The notes beneath the pieces are model-generated. The model saw only the letters and a program-made list of their open reading frames with translations. It did not search any database and was not told the DNA's origin. A program made the position numbers and the translations under genes. Source: Octopus vulgaris (Eukaryota). Taken from it: a DNA stretch of 64,000 bases. The stretch is taken from the NCBI GenBank assembly GCA_951406725.2, contig OX597828.1:45198001-45262000 (forward strand), given 5' to 3'. Within the stretch, counting starts at the first letter, position 1. Every line of letters starts with the position of its first letter. Positions 13,457 to 26,689 of the stretch are shown here, in pieces.

Positions 13457-13639
13457 ACATATGAGTTTTCCAAACATCCTAGGGAGTGAGGCTACACTCA
13501 TGAAGTATTGAAGAGAGTTCTATGAAAAGCAAAGATGGATTGTAAGCAGACTTAAAATGTTCTCTAATGATGCACAGTTTTATATATATATATATATTCA
13601 CAAATATGTATATGTGCATTTATATATATTAGGCGCTAG

Positions 13640-13859
13640 TTCATCGGTGCTGCATAGAAGCACCTGTGCCAGTAACACGTACAAAGCATCCGGCATACTC
13701 TGTAAAGTGGTTGGCATTAGGAAGGGCATCCAGTTGTAAAAACCATGCCTCAAATGGAGTAAGTACAGTGCCCCAGATGGCAAGCTCCTATCAAATCGTC
13801 CATCACATACCAGAATGGAAAATGGGCATAAAATGAGGATGATGACGACGACGACAATG

Positions 13860-13924
<65 letters not shown>

Positions 13925-13925
13925 A
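13640..13925 (+). mobile_element. Family D retroposon 3' part with (GAT)n tail
   Basis: GTGGTTGGCATTAGGAAGGGCATCCAG motif followed by a long (GAT)n. Confidence 0.75.
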
Positions 13926-14249
13926 CACACACACAAACACACATGCACATATACACACCTGCATTATGTTTGTGTATGAGTATGTAAACATAATTGCGGA
14001 ATTTCACAGATTTTGGCACACGTCTTATGTATATAAATGCAATTTCACTGTGAATCACGTGTCATGAATAGGGGCAATGCACATATACCTGTATAATGAG
14101 GGAACCCAGCATAAGTTTATGGGGCATGTCATTTATGTATAATGTTCATATACTGCATATAATCAATGTCCAGAGAAGAAATTACCGGGGTTAGAAGGGG
14201 TGGTGGAACGAGAAGGATGGGGGTGGGGTCGTATTTGAAATATTGAAGT

Positions 14250-14310
<61 letters not shown>

Positions 14311-14710
14311 CGACGGTGATGAAGATGACAATGATGACAATGATGATGATGGTGGTGGTGGTGGTGGTGATGATGAAGTGGAGGATAATGATGATGACAG
14401 TGATGATGATGATGGTGGTGATGCTGCTGCTGCTGCTGATGATGATGATGGTGGTAATGGTGATGGTGATGATGCTGAAGAGGATTTTGACTGGGACGGT
14501 AATGATGAGGAAGTTGTGCAGCTGTTAAGGACAATATTGATGTGATGACGAAGGTGACGATAAAGGTGATGAAGAGGATGACGATGACAACGACGATGAC
14601 GATGATGACGATGATGATGACGACGATGGCAATGATGATGATGATGACGATGATGACGACGATGATGATGACGACGATGACGATGATGATGACGACAATG
14701 ATGATTATGG
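14250..14710. repeat. (GAT/GAC/GGT)n trinucleotide microsatellite
   Basis: Directly visible. Confidence 0.95.
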
Positions 14711-15185
14711 TTCTAATTTGCCAGTTATCTCCACTACCACCACCACCATCACAAACGTCATCACAACCAGCATCCAACCCTACCCCTACCACTCTTGCCA
14801 TGTATAATTCTTAATTACTCATTCAGTAATTTTGTTCCGAATATATTTCAGTAATTTGACATTTTTAACTTTAGATTTGGTAATTATTTTAACAAAAGAT
14901 TTATGAAATTCTATAAAAATATTTCCATCAATATTTGGATATTTTTTGTGTGTGGTAGTGATGGTGGTGGTGGTGATGGGGTACAAATTAACCTTATATA
15001 AATCTCTGTTTCTCTCTCCCTTCATTACCCTGCTCCTTTCTCTCTCTCTCTCTCTCTTTTCTGATTACTCTCTTTATCTCTCTATCTTCTTTATTTTAAA
15101 TTAAAATGTCATCTAAAACATCAATATATTTTATAGCAATTTGAAATCAAATTGCAGAAAATTCCTTATTTGAAGATTTCTCAAT

Positions 15186-15226
<41 letters not shown>

Positions 15227-15769
15227 CCGTCATCATTTTCAACATCTGCTTTTCCATGCTTGCAATAGGGTGGATAGACTTCATCGATGAAAATTTTTTT
15301 TTCTCTTTTTACAGCTGGATGCTCTTCCTGTCACAAAACTCCATCAGTTTCCAAGCAAGATAATATTTCCCTCTCACCAAACATTTTACTTCAGAATATC
15401 AGAAATGAGCTACACTGCTTGTATGACAGTGACACTCATTTACAACAATCATGTGTGCTGTCAAGACATGGAGGCACAAGTGTACACATGCTCCCTCCAT
15501 CCCACTTCTCCTGCTGTTGTCCCTCACCACAGTCCTACGCAGTCTTCTGCATCCCTCTATCTTACCAAACTCATGAATCATCAGTCATCCAAGCTTAACC
15601 CTAATCACTCTTTACAACTGCAGCCTGTCTGCTTGCCTGTCTGCCAGTCTCCTTGCCCGTCTGCCCCTCCCTTCTCCATTACCTGCCCCCCCATATAATG
15701 TTGGAACCTCCATCACCACCTGCATGCAAACATATCATCAATCATCGAACAACAATCATCAATCATTGC

Positions 15770-15869
15770 CATCTTAATCATCATCCTCATCCTCCTCACC
15801 ACCACCACCACCACTACCACCATCATCACCACTATCACCATTGCCACCACATCACTATCATTGTTGTCC

Positions 15870-15929
<60 letters not shown>

Positions 15930-15945
15930 CCATCATCACCACCAC

Positions 15946-16021
<76 letters not shown>

Positions 16022-16048
16022 GTCATCGTCATCATCATCATCTTCATC

Positions 16049-16112
<64 letters not shown>

Positions 16113-16117
16113 CCACC

Positions 16118-16170
<53 letters not shown>
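15770..16170. repeat. (CAT/CAC)n microsatellite, probably the expanded tail of a minus-strand family D copy at ~16170-16370
   Basis: Directly visible; the adjacent sequence weakly resembles the family D terminus. Confidence 0.9.
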
Positions 16171-16171
<1 letters not shown>

Positions 16172-16574
16172 TTTCAATGTTTTGTCCTCCATACTGGCAT
16201 GGACCAGTTGGTTTCACTGGATCCGATGGGTCAGAGGTCATCATAGAACTTCAATTGTCTGGGTGATTTTTTTTTGCATGCTTTCTACAGCTGTAACGAC
16301 CTTCCTAATGCTGACCTCTTTACCAAGTTTACTTGGTGCTTTTTACATGGTACCAGTACCAATGAGACTGCCATGTATCCCACAAGACTAGGATTCTCTT
16401 CAAATGTGTAGGATAACTCAATAATTTCCTTAAATCTGGAATTACTCCCTACCACCCCTTATCACTCTGCAGAAAGTTCTACAGATTCTTTCACTACGAA
16501 GAGCATAAAACCAATTTTATGCAATACATGAAGAATATATAAGAATTCTGTAAACAATATATATGTGTGTGTAA

Positions 16575-17007
16575 GACGGCAAGCTGGCAGAAATGTTAGC
16601 CTTCCGGGCAAAATGCTTAGCGGTATTTTGTCTGCCATTACGTTCTGAGTTCAAATTCTTCCGAGGTCGACTTTGCCTTTCATCCTTTTGAGGTCAATAA
16701 ATTAAGTACCAGTTACACACTGGGATCGATGTAATCGACTTAATCCCTTTGTCTGTCCTTGTTTGTCCCCTCTATGTTTAGCTCTTTGTGGGTAATTAAG
16801 AAATAAGAAACATTAGCACGCTGGGCGAAATGCTTTGCGGTATTTCATCTACCATTATGTTCTGAGTTCAAATTCCGCCTTTCATCCTTTTAGAGTCGAT
16901 AAATAATGTACCAGTTACACACTAGGGTCAATGTATTCGACTTAATCACTTTGTATGTCCTTGTTTGTCCCCTTTGTGTTTAGCCCCTTGTGGGCAATCA
17001 AGAAATA
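16575..17007 (+). mobile_element. SINE family B head-to-tail dimer flanked by ~90-105-bp direct repeats
   Basis: Two B units. Flanks 16471-16560 and 17008-17112 are homologous (AGAAAGTTCTACAGATTCTTTCAC...GTAAACAATAT). Confidence 0.85.
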
Positions 17008-18391
17008 AGAAAGTTCTACAGATTCTTTCACAACGAAGAACATAGAACCAATTTTAGGAGATACAGGAAGAATATATAAGATTGATAATATTTAGAATTC
17101 GGTAAACAATATCAGAATTTTAATAGATACAGAAAATTACATATACTCTTGGGGAGTTTTGCCATCTTGACTTTCAGGCACGCAAATGACAGTTTGATGG
17201 ATCGGTAAAAATTGTCTGTGATTAGGAAGAATGTATTGTAGAATACCAGAATTGTTCTTTGTCTTCTGTGCGCATGTGTGTGTGCGTGTGTGTGTGTGTG
17301 TGTGTGTCTGTGTGTGTGTGTATGTAGTTTTATCTTTCTACACCTATACATATAGCATATATGCAAAAATCACTATTTACTACTGGGATATCAACTGTGG
17401 GAGAGTCTATATATCATAATCATAGCATTTTTCATCAATGTCGTCGTCATCGTCATCATTACCGCCGCCGCTGCCACCACCACCACCACCACTGCCACCA
17501 CTGCCACCGCTACCACCGTCACCACCATCGTGATTATAGTCTTTAACATCATTGTGAGCACTATCACTCTCATCACCATCATCACTGCCATCAACACTCA
17601 CGCCATCAATAACCTCATCCTCCTCTCTCTCCTCCTCTTCTTGTTCCCTCTCTACTTTCTCTTCTTGCTACTGCACTGCTTCCCCTTCCTCGCTCTCCTG
17701 TCCTTTCCCCCTCTTCTCCTCCTCCTCTTGTTTCCTCTCATCTTCCTCCTCTCACTCCATCTTCTCTTCCTCCTCTCACTTCCTCTCCTCATCTTGCTCC
17801 CTCTCCTTCTCCTTCCTCATGCTTCTCTCTTTTACTCTCCTCCTCTCCCTTCACCTACTTTTCTCCACCTCCACTGCTCACTCCGATGATATGGCACAAT
17901 ATATATATATATATATATTTATATATATTTATATATATCTGCGTGCATATGTGTATAGGGGGGGTGTGCATGTACACGATTATATGTGTGTGTGTGTATG
18001 TGTGTGTGTGTGCGTGTGTGAGATGGGCTTTTAAAAAGTTTTTTCCATCTACCATATCCCTTCACAGGCCTTGGTCAGCTTGTGGCCATAATATACAAAA
18101 AAAAAAAAATGCTCGAATTGCAAAACGTTGGGGTATTGAACCCAAAACCACATAGTGTCTAAACAAAATTCATACCTACACAGCCAAGCCTAAACAGAGA
18201 AACTTATAAAGAACGAGATAAATTGCCAAACGAGAATATATTGAGAAGATAAAGACCCCACCTCCCACTCATATTCTAAATATCATATCCCCATATATTC
18301 ATATCTGTTACATTTTCATAACATACATACACACACACATACATATATACATATATAATTATATATGTATAACATACAAGCATCTAAATAC

Positions 18392-18551
18392 GTACACCCA
18401 CATATATACACTTGCAATCACATTATTGGACAGTATCCACCTATTATCCTAACAGTTATTATGGTTTAAAACATAAAACTTTGAGCAACAATAACGTATA
18501 TCGGGTTTTCATTATCTATATACATACATCAACACTTAATGTTCTATTATC
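18392..18551. repeat. Left arm of a long-spaced inverted repeat (partner 20923-21100)
   Basis: CAATCACATTATTGGACAGTATCCACCTATTATCCT is the exact reverse complement of sequence at ~21041-21076; similarity extends on both sides. Confidence 0.85.
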
Positions 18552-18563
18552 TAAATACTGATA

Positions 18564-18615
<52 letters not shown>

Positions 18616-18729
18616 TGTGTGCATGTGTGTGTGTGTGTGCATGCGTGATCATCATCTGCATCATCATCATCATCATCATCATTATTTAAGGCCCATTTTC
18701 TAAGCTGGCATGATGAATATATATATAAG

Positions 18730-18760
<31 letters not shown>

Positions 18761-18807
18761 GTATGTGTGTATGTATGTATGTATGTATGTATGTATGTAT
18801 GTATGTA

Positions 18808-19127
18808 GTGAGGGCGCGTGGCTTAGTGGTTAGGGCATTTGGCTCATGATCATAAGGTCGTGAGTTCAATTGCCGGCGACGCGTTGTGTCCTTGAGCAAG
18901 ACACTTTATTTCACGTTGCTCCAGTCCACTCAGCTGGCAAAAATGAGTTGTACTTGTATTTCAAAGGGTCAGCCTTGTCACTCTCTGTGTCACGCTGAAT
19001 CTCCCCGAGAACTACGTTAAGGGTACACGTGTCTGTGGAATGCTCAGCCATTTGCACGTTAATTTCACGAGCAAGCTGTTCCGTTGATTGTATCAGCTGG
19101 GACCCTCATCGTCGTAACCGGCGGAGT
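18808..19127 (+). mobile_element. tRNA-derived SINE, family C variant with a CORE/V-like central motif
   Basis: GCGTGGCTTAGTGGTTAGGGC head and GTTGTGTCCTTGAGCAAGACACTTT core. The 3' tail is shared with 3467-3857. Confidence 0.85.
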
Positions 19128-19190
19128 CTTTTTTTTTATGTATATATGTATGAATGTATATATATCATCATCATCATCATCATCATCATG

Positions 19191-19227
<37 letters not shown>

Positions 19228-19463
19228 CATAATATATACATATACACATACACAGAATATAGGAAATGGGGAGATCCAGTTTTTTAGTAAGTAGTGGTTG
19301 AAGTGGATATATTTAGAAAACAGTTCTTTCTGGCTGTTGAATGCACCAGGATTCTTATAGTCCTTAAGAATTTTGGTTCTCTCCAGGATGCATATCTTGC
19401 ACTGGCCATTATATGTGTGTGTGTATGTGTACGTTTGTGTGTGTGTATGTATGTATATATATA

Positions 19464-19694
19464 TATTTCTTTACTACCCACAAGGGGCTAAACACAGAGA
19501 GGACAAACAAGGACAGACAAACGGATTAAGTCGATTATATCGACCCCAGTGCGTAACTGGTACTTAATTTATCGCCCCTGAATGGATGAAAGGCAAAGTC
19601 GACCTCGGCTGAATTTGAACTCAGAACATAACGGCAGATGAAATACGGCTACGCATTTCGCCGAGTATGCTAATGTTTCTGCCAGCTCGCCGCC
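19464..19694 (-). mobile_element. SINE family B
   Basis: Reverse complement of 5725-5943. Confidence 0.9.
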
Positions 19695-20264
19695 TTCTAT
19701 ATATATATATATATAAACACACACACACACATATATATATATATGTATGCATGCATGTGTGTCTACAGATAAATAGGTCTTTTTCTTTTATAAAAGGAGA
19801 AAAAACAAAACAATTTGAAAATTCCCTTGGATTCCTTAAAATGATAATAGCCTCTGCACATAGTCGAGAGGACTTTTGCTGTTCCAACTTCCCTTTTTTT
19901 TCCCTTCCGTTTCTTGTGTTTTCCTGTCTCACGAGTTAAGTAACTTACAAGTCCTACAAGTTCCAGCGTCATCGAAAAGAGAAACACTCGGTTCACATTG
20001 TAAAATGGTTGATGTCAGGAAGGGCATCCAGCCATGGAAACCATGCAAGCATGGAAAGTGAACATTAAATGATTATGATGATCATGATCATTGTCATCAT
20101 CATCATGGCGATGATGACAATATACATATACATAAATGTACACATCATCATCATCATCATTATCATCATTTAACAACGGCTTTCCATGCTAGCATGGGTT
20201 GGACAGTTTGACAGCAGCTGGCTTGGCAGAAGACCACACCAGGCTTTGCTGTCTGTTTTGGCAT

Positions 20265-20889
20265 GAGTGCCAATCAGGCACTCATGTCAGTGGAACATTA
20301 AGGGCACATCTGAATGTAGGTTGTAACCGGCCCACTCGTGAGTACCCCTCATTCATTGGACAATAAACTTTGCTTGTGAAGTCCTATTGAGGCAACTGTA
20401 AACAAATCAAAATCACTGACATGGCTGATGACAGTACTGCCTGATTGGCACTCATGGCAGTGGAATGTTAAAAGCACTTCCGAGTGTGATCGTTGCCAGG
20501 GCAAGAGATTGGCTCCCGTGCCAGTGACAGATGAAAAGCACCATTCGAACATGACCATTGCCAGCATTGCCTTGCTGGCACATGTGCCAGTGGCACGTGA
20601 AAAACAACATTTGAGCGTCGTCGTTGCCAATGCCACCAGACTGGTTCCCACGCAGGTGGCACATAAAAACACCTTTGAACATGGTCGTTGCCAGAACAGC
20701 CTTACTGGCCCTCATGCCAGTGGCACACAAAAGCACCCACTACACTCTCGGAGTGGTTGGCATAAGGAAGGGCATCCAGATGTAGAAACTTTGCCAGATC
20801 AGATTGAACCTGGTACAGCCTCTGGCTCACCAGTCCTCAGTCAAACCATCCAACCCATGCTAGCATGGAAAGCAGACATTAAACGATGA

Positions 20890-20915
<26 letters not shown>
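20265..20915 (+). mobile_element. Long family D retroposon with internal ~65-bp tandem units and (GAT)n tail
   Basis: Repeated GTGCCAGTGGCAC..AAAAGCACC units followed by the conserved 3' terminus. Confidence 0.85.
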
Positions 20916-20921
<6 letters not shown>

Positions 20922-20922
20922 T

Positions 20923-21100
20923 TGATAGTAGAACATAAAGAGGAGATGTATGTATAAAAGATAATGAAAACCGATATATATTATTGGTAGAAATGTTTAT
21001 TGTTTCGCAAAGTTTTATGTTTTATACCATAATAACTGTCAGGATAATAGGTGGATACTGTCCAATAATGTGATTGTAAGTGTATAAATGTGGGTGTACA
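20923..21100. repeat. Right arm of the inverted repeat (partner 18392-18551)
   Basis: Reverse-complement match as described for the left arm. Confidence 0.85.
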
Positions 21101-21178
21101 TATATGCATATATATGCATGCATACATGTATGCATGTCTGTATATGGACACTACTACATGCACACTCATGTATATATA

Positions 21179-21220
<42 letters not shown>

Positions 21221-21277
21221 CATATATGTACGCATGCCTGTGTGTATATATATATATGTATACATATATATACATAC

Positions 21278-21310
<33 letters not shown>

Positions 21311-21535
21311 CATATATAAATATGTATATGTATGTGTATATACATACATATACATATACAGAGAGAGACACATCCACATATACATATGTACATAAATTGT
21401 TGGCCAAGATTTAATAGCATGATAAAGATATTCTAAACACTAAGTTAGGACAGCAAGTTATTGGTTGTAATGCCTTATAGCGTTATATACACACACATAA
21501 TCATATGTATATATGTATCTGTCTATATATGTATA

Positions 21536-21582
<47 letters not shown>

Positions 21583-21672
21583 ATATATATATAGGTATGT
21601 GTGTGTGTGTATATATATCTATGCATATGCATACACGGATACAAGCTCGTCTATTTGTGCATTCTTGCATTC

Positions 21673-21726
<54 letters not shown>

Positions 21727-21825
21727 ATATATGTAAATATGTCTGTTTATGTCTGTGTAAATGTCGTTATGTATTTCTTTCGAATCAATATATATACACA
21801 TAACTATACAGACACACTTATCCCA

Positions 21826-21860
<35 letters not shown>

Positions 21861-22059
21861 TATATATGTGTGTGTGTGTGTGTATTTGGGCATGAGGCCA
21901 AATATTTCGAGGAAATATCTATTGATGACAGCAAGCACCGTGGAGTGATTGTATTTACTTTATCAATACAGGAGATATGAATATTACAGTCTTCCTGGGA
22001 CAGCATTTGAACTCAGAAGTGGGGAAACAAATAAATAAACAAAACAAATAAACAAATAA

Positions 22060-22980
22060 GTTAGTGCTTAAATACTATAATTTGATGCTAATTACATTAA
22101 TCTGATGCTTATTTATTGTAATTTTGTGCGTTATTCACATAAATATTTTTCCTTATATAACATAATTATAGAAACTAAATAGTGGTATTGTAATGTTTAA
22201 ATACCATAATTTGTTGCTTAAATACAATAGTTTGCAGTGCTGAAATGCTACAATTTAAAGTACTTAATTTTCATGACATGTAGTAATTATGAATTTTAAT
22301 TTGGTAGTTAAGTACCAAAATTTTATGCTTAAAAACCATAGTTCATAGAGCTTATATACCATTATTCGGTTCTTAGTTGCCAACATTTCATTCTTAAATG
22401 CCATAATTTTGCAATGCCCGGATATAATTTGTAGTGTTTATATAACATAATTTTGTTCACCTAAATTTCAGAGTTTGTAGTGCATATACATCATAATTTA
22501 GTTCTTTACTACCAATTTTGTATACTTAAATATCATTATTTTTATCGCCTAAATATCATAATTTATAGTATTTATATACCATAAATTTATATACCGTCCA
22601 ACCCATGCTAGCATGGAAAGCGGACGTTGAACGATGATGATGATGATGATGAATTTGATTACCAACATTTCATTCTTAAATGCCATAATTTTGCAGTGCC
22701 CGGATATAATTTGTAGTGTTTATATAACATAATTTTGTTCACCTAAATTTCACAGTTTGTAGTGCATATATATCATAATTTAGTTCTTTATTACCAATTT
22801 TGTATACTTAAATATCATTATTTTTATTGCCTAAATATCATAATTTATAGCATTTATATACCATAATTTGAATTCTTGTACCAAAGTTCCAAGTGTAAAT
22901 ATCATGATTATGGTGTTTAAATAACATAATTTGTAACACCTAGATATCATGATTTGAAAGGTTTATAGCCATGATAATAA
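22060..22980 (+). repeat. Degenerate AT-rich ~21-bp minisatellite containing a 205-bp direct duplication around a family D 3' fragment
   Basis: Unit approximately AAATACCATAATTTGTAGTGCTT. 22380-22584 matches 22662-22866, with the insert at 22593-22652. Confidence 0.85.
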
Positions 22981-23069
22981 TTAGCTATTTCATGCTTCAT
23001 ACAATGTATATGGTATTTTTGACACAGCTATATTCAATTATCTGATTATGTTTCATCCTCACTGTATCA

Positions 23070-23395
23070 ACATCATCATAATCATTTAACGTATGTTTTC
23101 CATGCTAGCATGGGTTGGATGGTTCAACCAGGATCTGGGAGGCCAGGAGGCTGCACCAGGCTCCAGTCGAATCGGACAGTGTTTCTACAGCTGGATGCCC
23201 TTCCTAATACCAACCACTCTGTGAGTGTAGTGGGTGCTTTTCACGTGCCACTGGTACAGGGGCCAGAGGTGACTGGCAATGGCCATGATTCGGCTGGTGC
23301 CTTTTACGTGCCACTGGCACGGACGCCAGTCAAGGCAGCACTGGCATCAGCCATGTTTGGATGGGGCTTTTAACATGCCACCGGCATGGATATCA
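23070..23395 (-). mobile_element. Family D retroposon
   Basis: Conserved terminus plus tandem units, reverse strand. Confidence 0.85.
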
Positions 23396-23713
23396 CAACT
23401 ACAATTTCCATGAACAGTAATAAACTATGAGCCAAAGATGGGAACCTGTACATGGACGTTCAGCCTACAAGAAATAGCAGCCAAATTTCCACCCCTACCT
23501 GACACTATTGTTTCAGGTAAATGACTACATTGAATAATTTAGTCTAACACACACACACAAACTATATATTTTAATAGAAGTTTGGGTAGCTGCTGTTGGA
23601 ATAATTTTGAATGTAAGTCTGTCTGATAAGGGCTGGCCGGGTTCAAAAGAACAACTAACAAATACTATTACAATTATCATCATCATCATCATCACCATCA
23701 CCATCACCATCAC

Positions 23714-23748
<35 letters not shown>

Positions 23749-24639
23749 GCATCAGTTGTAGCAATAGCAGCAATATTAGAATTTGAATCCTCGTTGTTTC
23801 TATACTGGAATGGGTTTGGCTAAACTTGCCATATACCATATCAGACAGAAAAATTCTTTTAAAAAATCAGTTTTGGCCTTTTCTCAACTCCCCTTTCATG
23901 TTCATTCATCGAAAATCTTGTAATTTCATTCCTTCCTGTTTCTTGCTCTGATATGATAAATGTGTGTGTGTGTATCATTGGCAATAGTTGCATCTAACAT
24001 CCGCTTTCAATGCAGGTTTGGGTTGGATGGTTTGGCAGGATCAAACATATTAGAGGAATAGTTCTAATATATGAGATTTGGTGTGGTTCCTCTGCCTGGA
24101 ACACTGATCTTGACACTAATCATCTTTTACTCAGTGCACTTGGTGCATTCTTCATGGCACCATCACTAGTGAGGTACCTTGTAGCTTGCAAGGCAAAAGA
24201 GGATTTATTACTGTGACAGACTAAGAGTGGAGAGACTAAGAGATGCATACATGCGGACATATATATATACATACACACATGAACACACATACATACACAC
24301 ACATAGGGACACTCGCACACACATGCATGCACACACAAGTGTGCACATGTACAGGTGCATGTGTATATGGATGTGAATTGCATGCACATGTACACCTGCA
24401 AACACACATCCATGTACATGTGTGCTGTGAGCAAATGCACATGTACACTCATGCACATATACTCATGTGGTCATGCACAAGGAGTGAGAGTATGTGGGTA
24501 GACACGCATGGAGAAGTTTTGGGGACTGGGGATTTCTGGTGCTTTTCATGGGGGTTTATTTGTAACAGTGACCTTGGTGCAGGTGGTACTTGCAGTGGCT
24601 GGTACTAAGGAGGTTATATCCAGGTTGTCAGTGGCCAGT

Positions 24640-25222
24640 GGCTTGAAATTTACCAGAAAGGTGTACCTCTGGTGACAGTGATACTCTATCTCATATTTCT
24701 TATTGATGGATACTGCAGGCTGGTAATGATATGTAGCAATTAAGGGTACTGGGTGAACATGGTGGTGCCTTGATGATGATAGTCCACTCGATGCTGGGTG
24801 TTTCATCTTGGAGGTCACAAAGTCTCCAGAGAAAGCGCAACAGGGAAGTGGACTTCTTCCTGTATCTGGATCTAAATGAATGCTTGTGCTGGGAGGATCT
24901 TCCCCTGAAGTCAGTGGCTGTCCTATCCATATAGTGCTTAGTGATGCCATCAGATGGTGTGAGGGTGTTTCTGTATACTACAGCCCTTGAGTGGCAGGAC
25001 CCTCCTAGAGGGCAGGTGGTAGGGTTTCGGTAGTTGCAGGTTGGGGTTGGGGGTTGTGTGGATACGTTCTTACATCTGTTGATGTGTGTGATTATTAGAT
25101 GTGACGTTGTCTGAGCAGGAGCTGCATACCTTGACATTATGGGGATTGAAGAGTTTGTAATACTTATGGCCCCTGGGGAAATGTTTCTTCATTAATGACA
25201 AGAAGCCCCTGGCTATATTGGC
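24640..25222 (-). pseudogene. Penelope-like element relic: C-terminal region with GIY-YIG endonuclease
   Basis: ANIARGFLSLMKKHFPRGHKYYKLFN, then CNYRNPTTCPLGGSCHSRAVVY..HYMDRTATDFRGR..HKHSFR..FLW.L..IEWTII, then INKKYEI..C. This matches the Penelope/Neptune-type CNCR..CPL.G.C..VVY..YIG.T..FK.R..NH..SF pattern; frameshifted. Confidence 0.85.
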
Positions 25223-25257
25223 TTATGTATATATATCATAAAGCAATAGTCACACAC

Positions 25258-25296
<39 letters not shown>

Positions 25297-25337
25297 TATA
25301 TATAATATATATTTACAGGAAGTTGATTATATGACTG

Positions 25338-25410
25338 GTCATACAGTAACCAATGGTTTCACATCCATAAAGTGCTTAGCTTTATAAACAACTCATCAGA
25401 CTCCAATGGC
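25338..25410 (-). ncRNA. Type I hammerhead-like motif in a TA-flanked ~150-bp module
   Basis: Minus strand: GAGU-CUGAUGA-GUUGUUUAUAAAG(CUAAGCA)CUUUAUGGAUGU-GAAA-CCAUUGG-UU-ACU. Stem III ACC/GGU, stem I AGU/ACU; the base of stem II is imperfect. Confidence 0.6.
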
Positions 25411-25448
25411 TGCAGACATATAACCTCTCTCCAAATTGGCACTGGAAT

Positions 25449-25493
<45 letters not shown>

Positions 25494-25599
25494 TCACTCA
25501 TGCCATCATGGAAAGCAGACATTAAATGATGATGATGATATATTTGTATATATACACAGGCACACAAATATTTAAAAGTGCACATAAACATATATACAA

Positions 25600-26372
25600 A
25601 TAGTCATCTCATTATGAGATAGCTGAGATGCATTTTTCTCAGATCGGTGTGTAGTATCATAGATGAGATAGTGAATATATAAAACATTTCTCTATTAGCT
25701 AATGGTTTCAAAGAAACTATTAAATAACATATACACATAATTCAACAGAAAGAGATGCAAAAGGAAGCAAAAGAAAAAAACACATGGTTTAATCCACCAT
25801 AATCAAAACCTGTAACAACATTAATGGACAAAACCTTTTTCTAGCTTATATGAATCTACTTTCCTGTGGACATATGGGCAGGAAAACCATTAACCCAATC
25901 TGACTCAAAATAAACTACTCAAAACCAACAAACTTCTCCAAAACTCTTGCATCCATTAATCACTAGAAAATGAAGAATAATTTGAACCACTAAATCCAAA
26001 CCAATAATGGAAATGTATGCCTAGTCAGTTATATACAAAGCCACTGTCACATATAACATTAACCAAAACACTTTGGTTATACACGAATGACAAGTAACTA
26101 ATTCAAGAAGAAGCATTATTATACCTTTAGGACACATAGCAAGGAAGATTGGATAGAAGACAAGCTACATATATCCAATTTTTACAAAATAACAATATCG
26201 TCAAATGGTAACTGTTCAATAAACCATCAGCTTGCACACAATCAAATACACTCTGTAGGCTGTTTACCCTAGAAAGGCTTGCAATCGTGGAACACCAGAC
26301 CAGAACATTGAAAAGCACATAGAATTCATTTCTTCATGCCTCCACATATGCAAATACATCCTTAAATATCAC
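25600..26372 (+). pseudogene. Second, highly decayed Penelope-like element relic (GIY-YIG region)
   Basis: TWFNPP at 25782, LKINYS..N, VIYKATVT at 26028, CRLFTLERLAI and EFISSCLH.CKYIL; many stops. Confidence 0.75.
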
Positions 26373-26689
26373 GACTACATTCTGAGAGTATCGTGAAATG
26401 TCAGTAGAATATTGTATTTTCTTTTTCTATTGCTTTTATTTCTTTTCAAATAATATTTCTTGCCTGAATGAGCAATAATGTAAGAGTGACACCCCCATCG
26501 CCAAACACACTTGGCAGAAATCTCCCCTTCATGTCCCAAATAAATGACCACACAGCCATTCAATAAATCACATTAAAAATAGCTTGCTATCAAAAACGCC
26601 AGCAAAAGAAAGCGAATATCTTTCTTTCCTTCCTTTTTAATAAATTCACACATCAACTGCCATCACACAATCTCAAAAGACACACAAAA

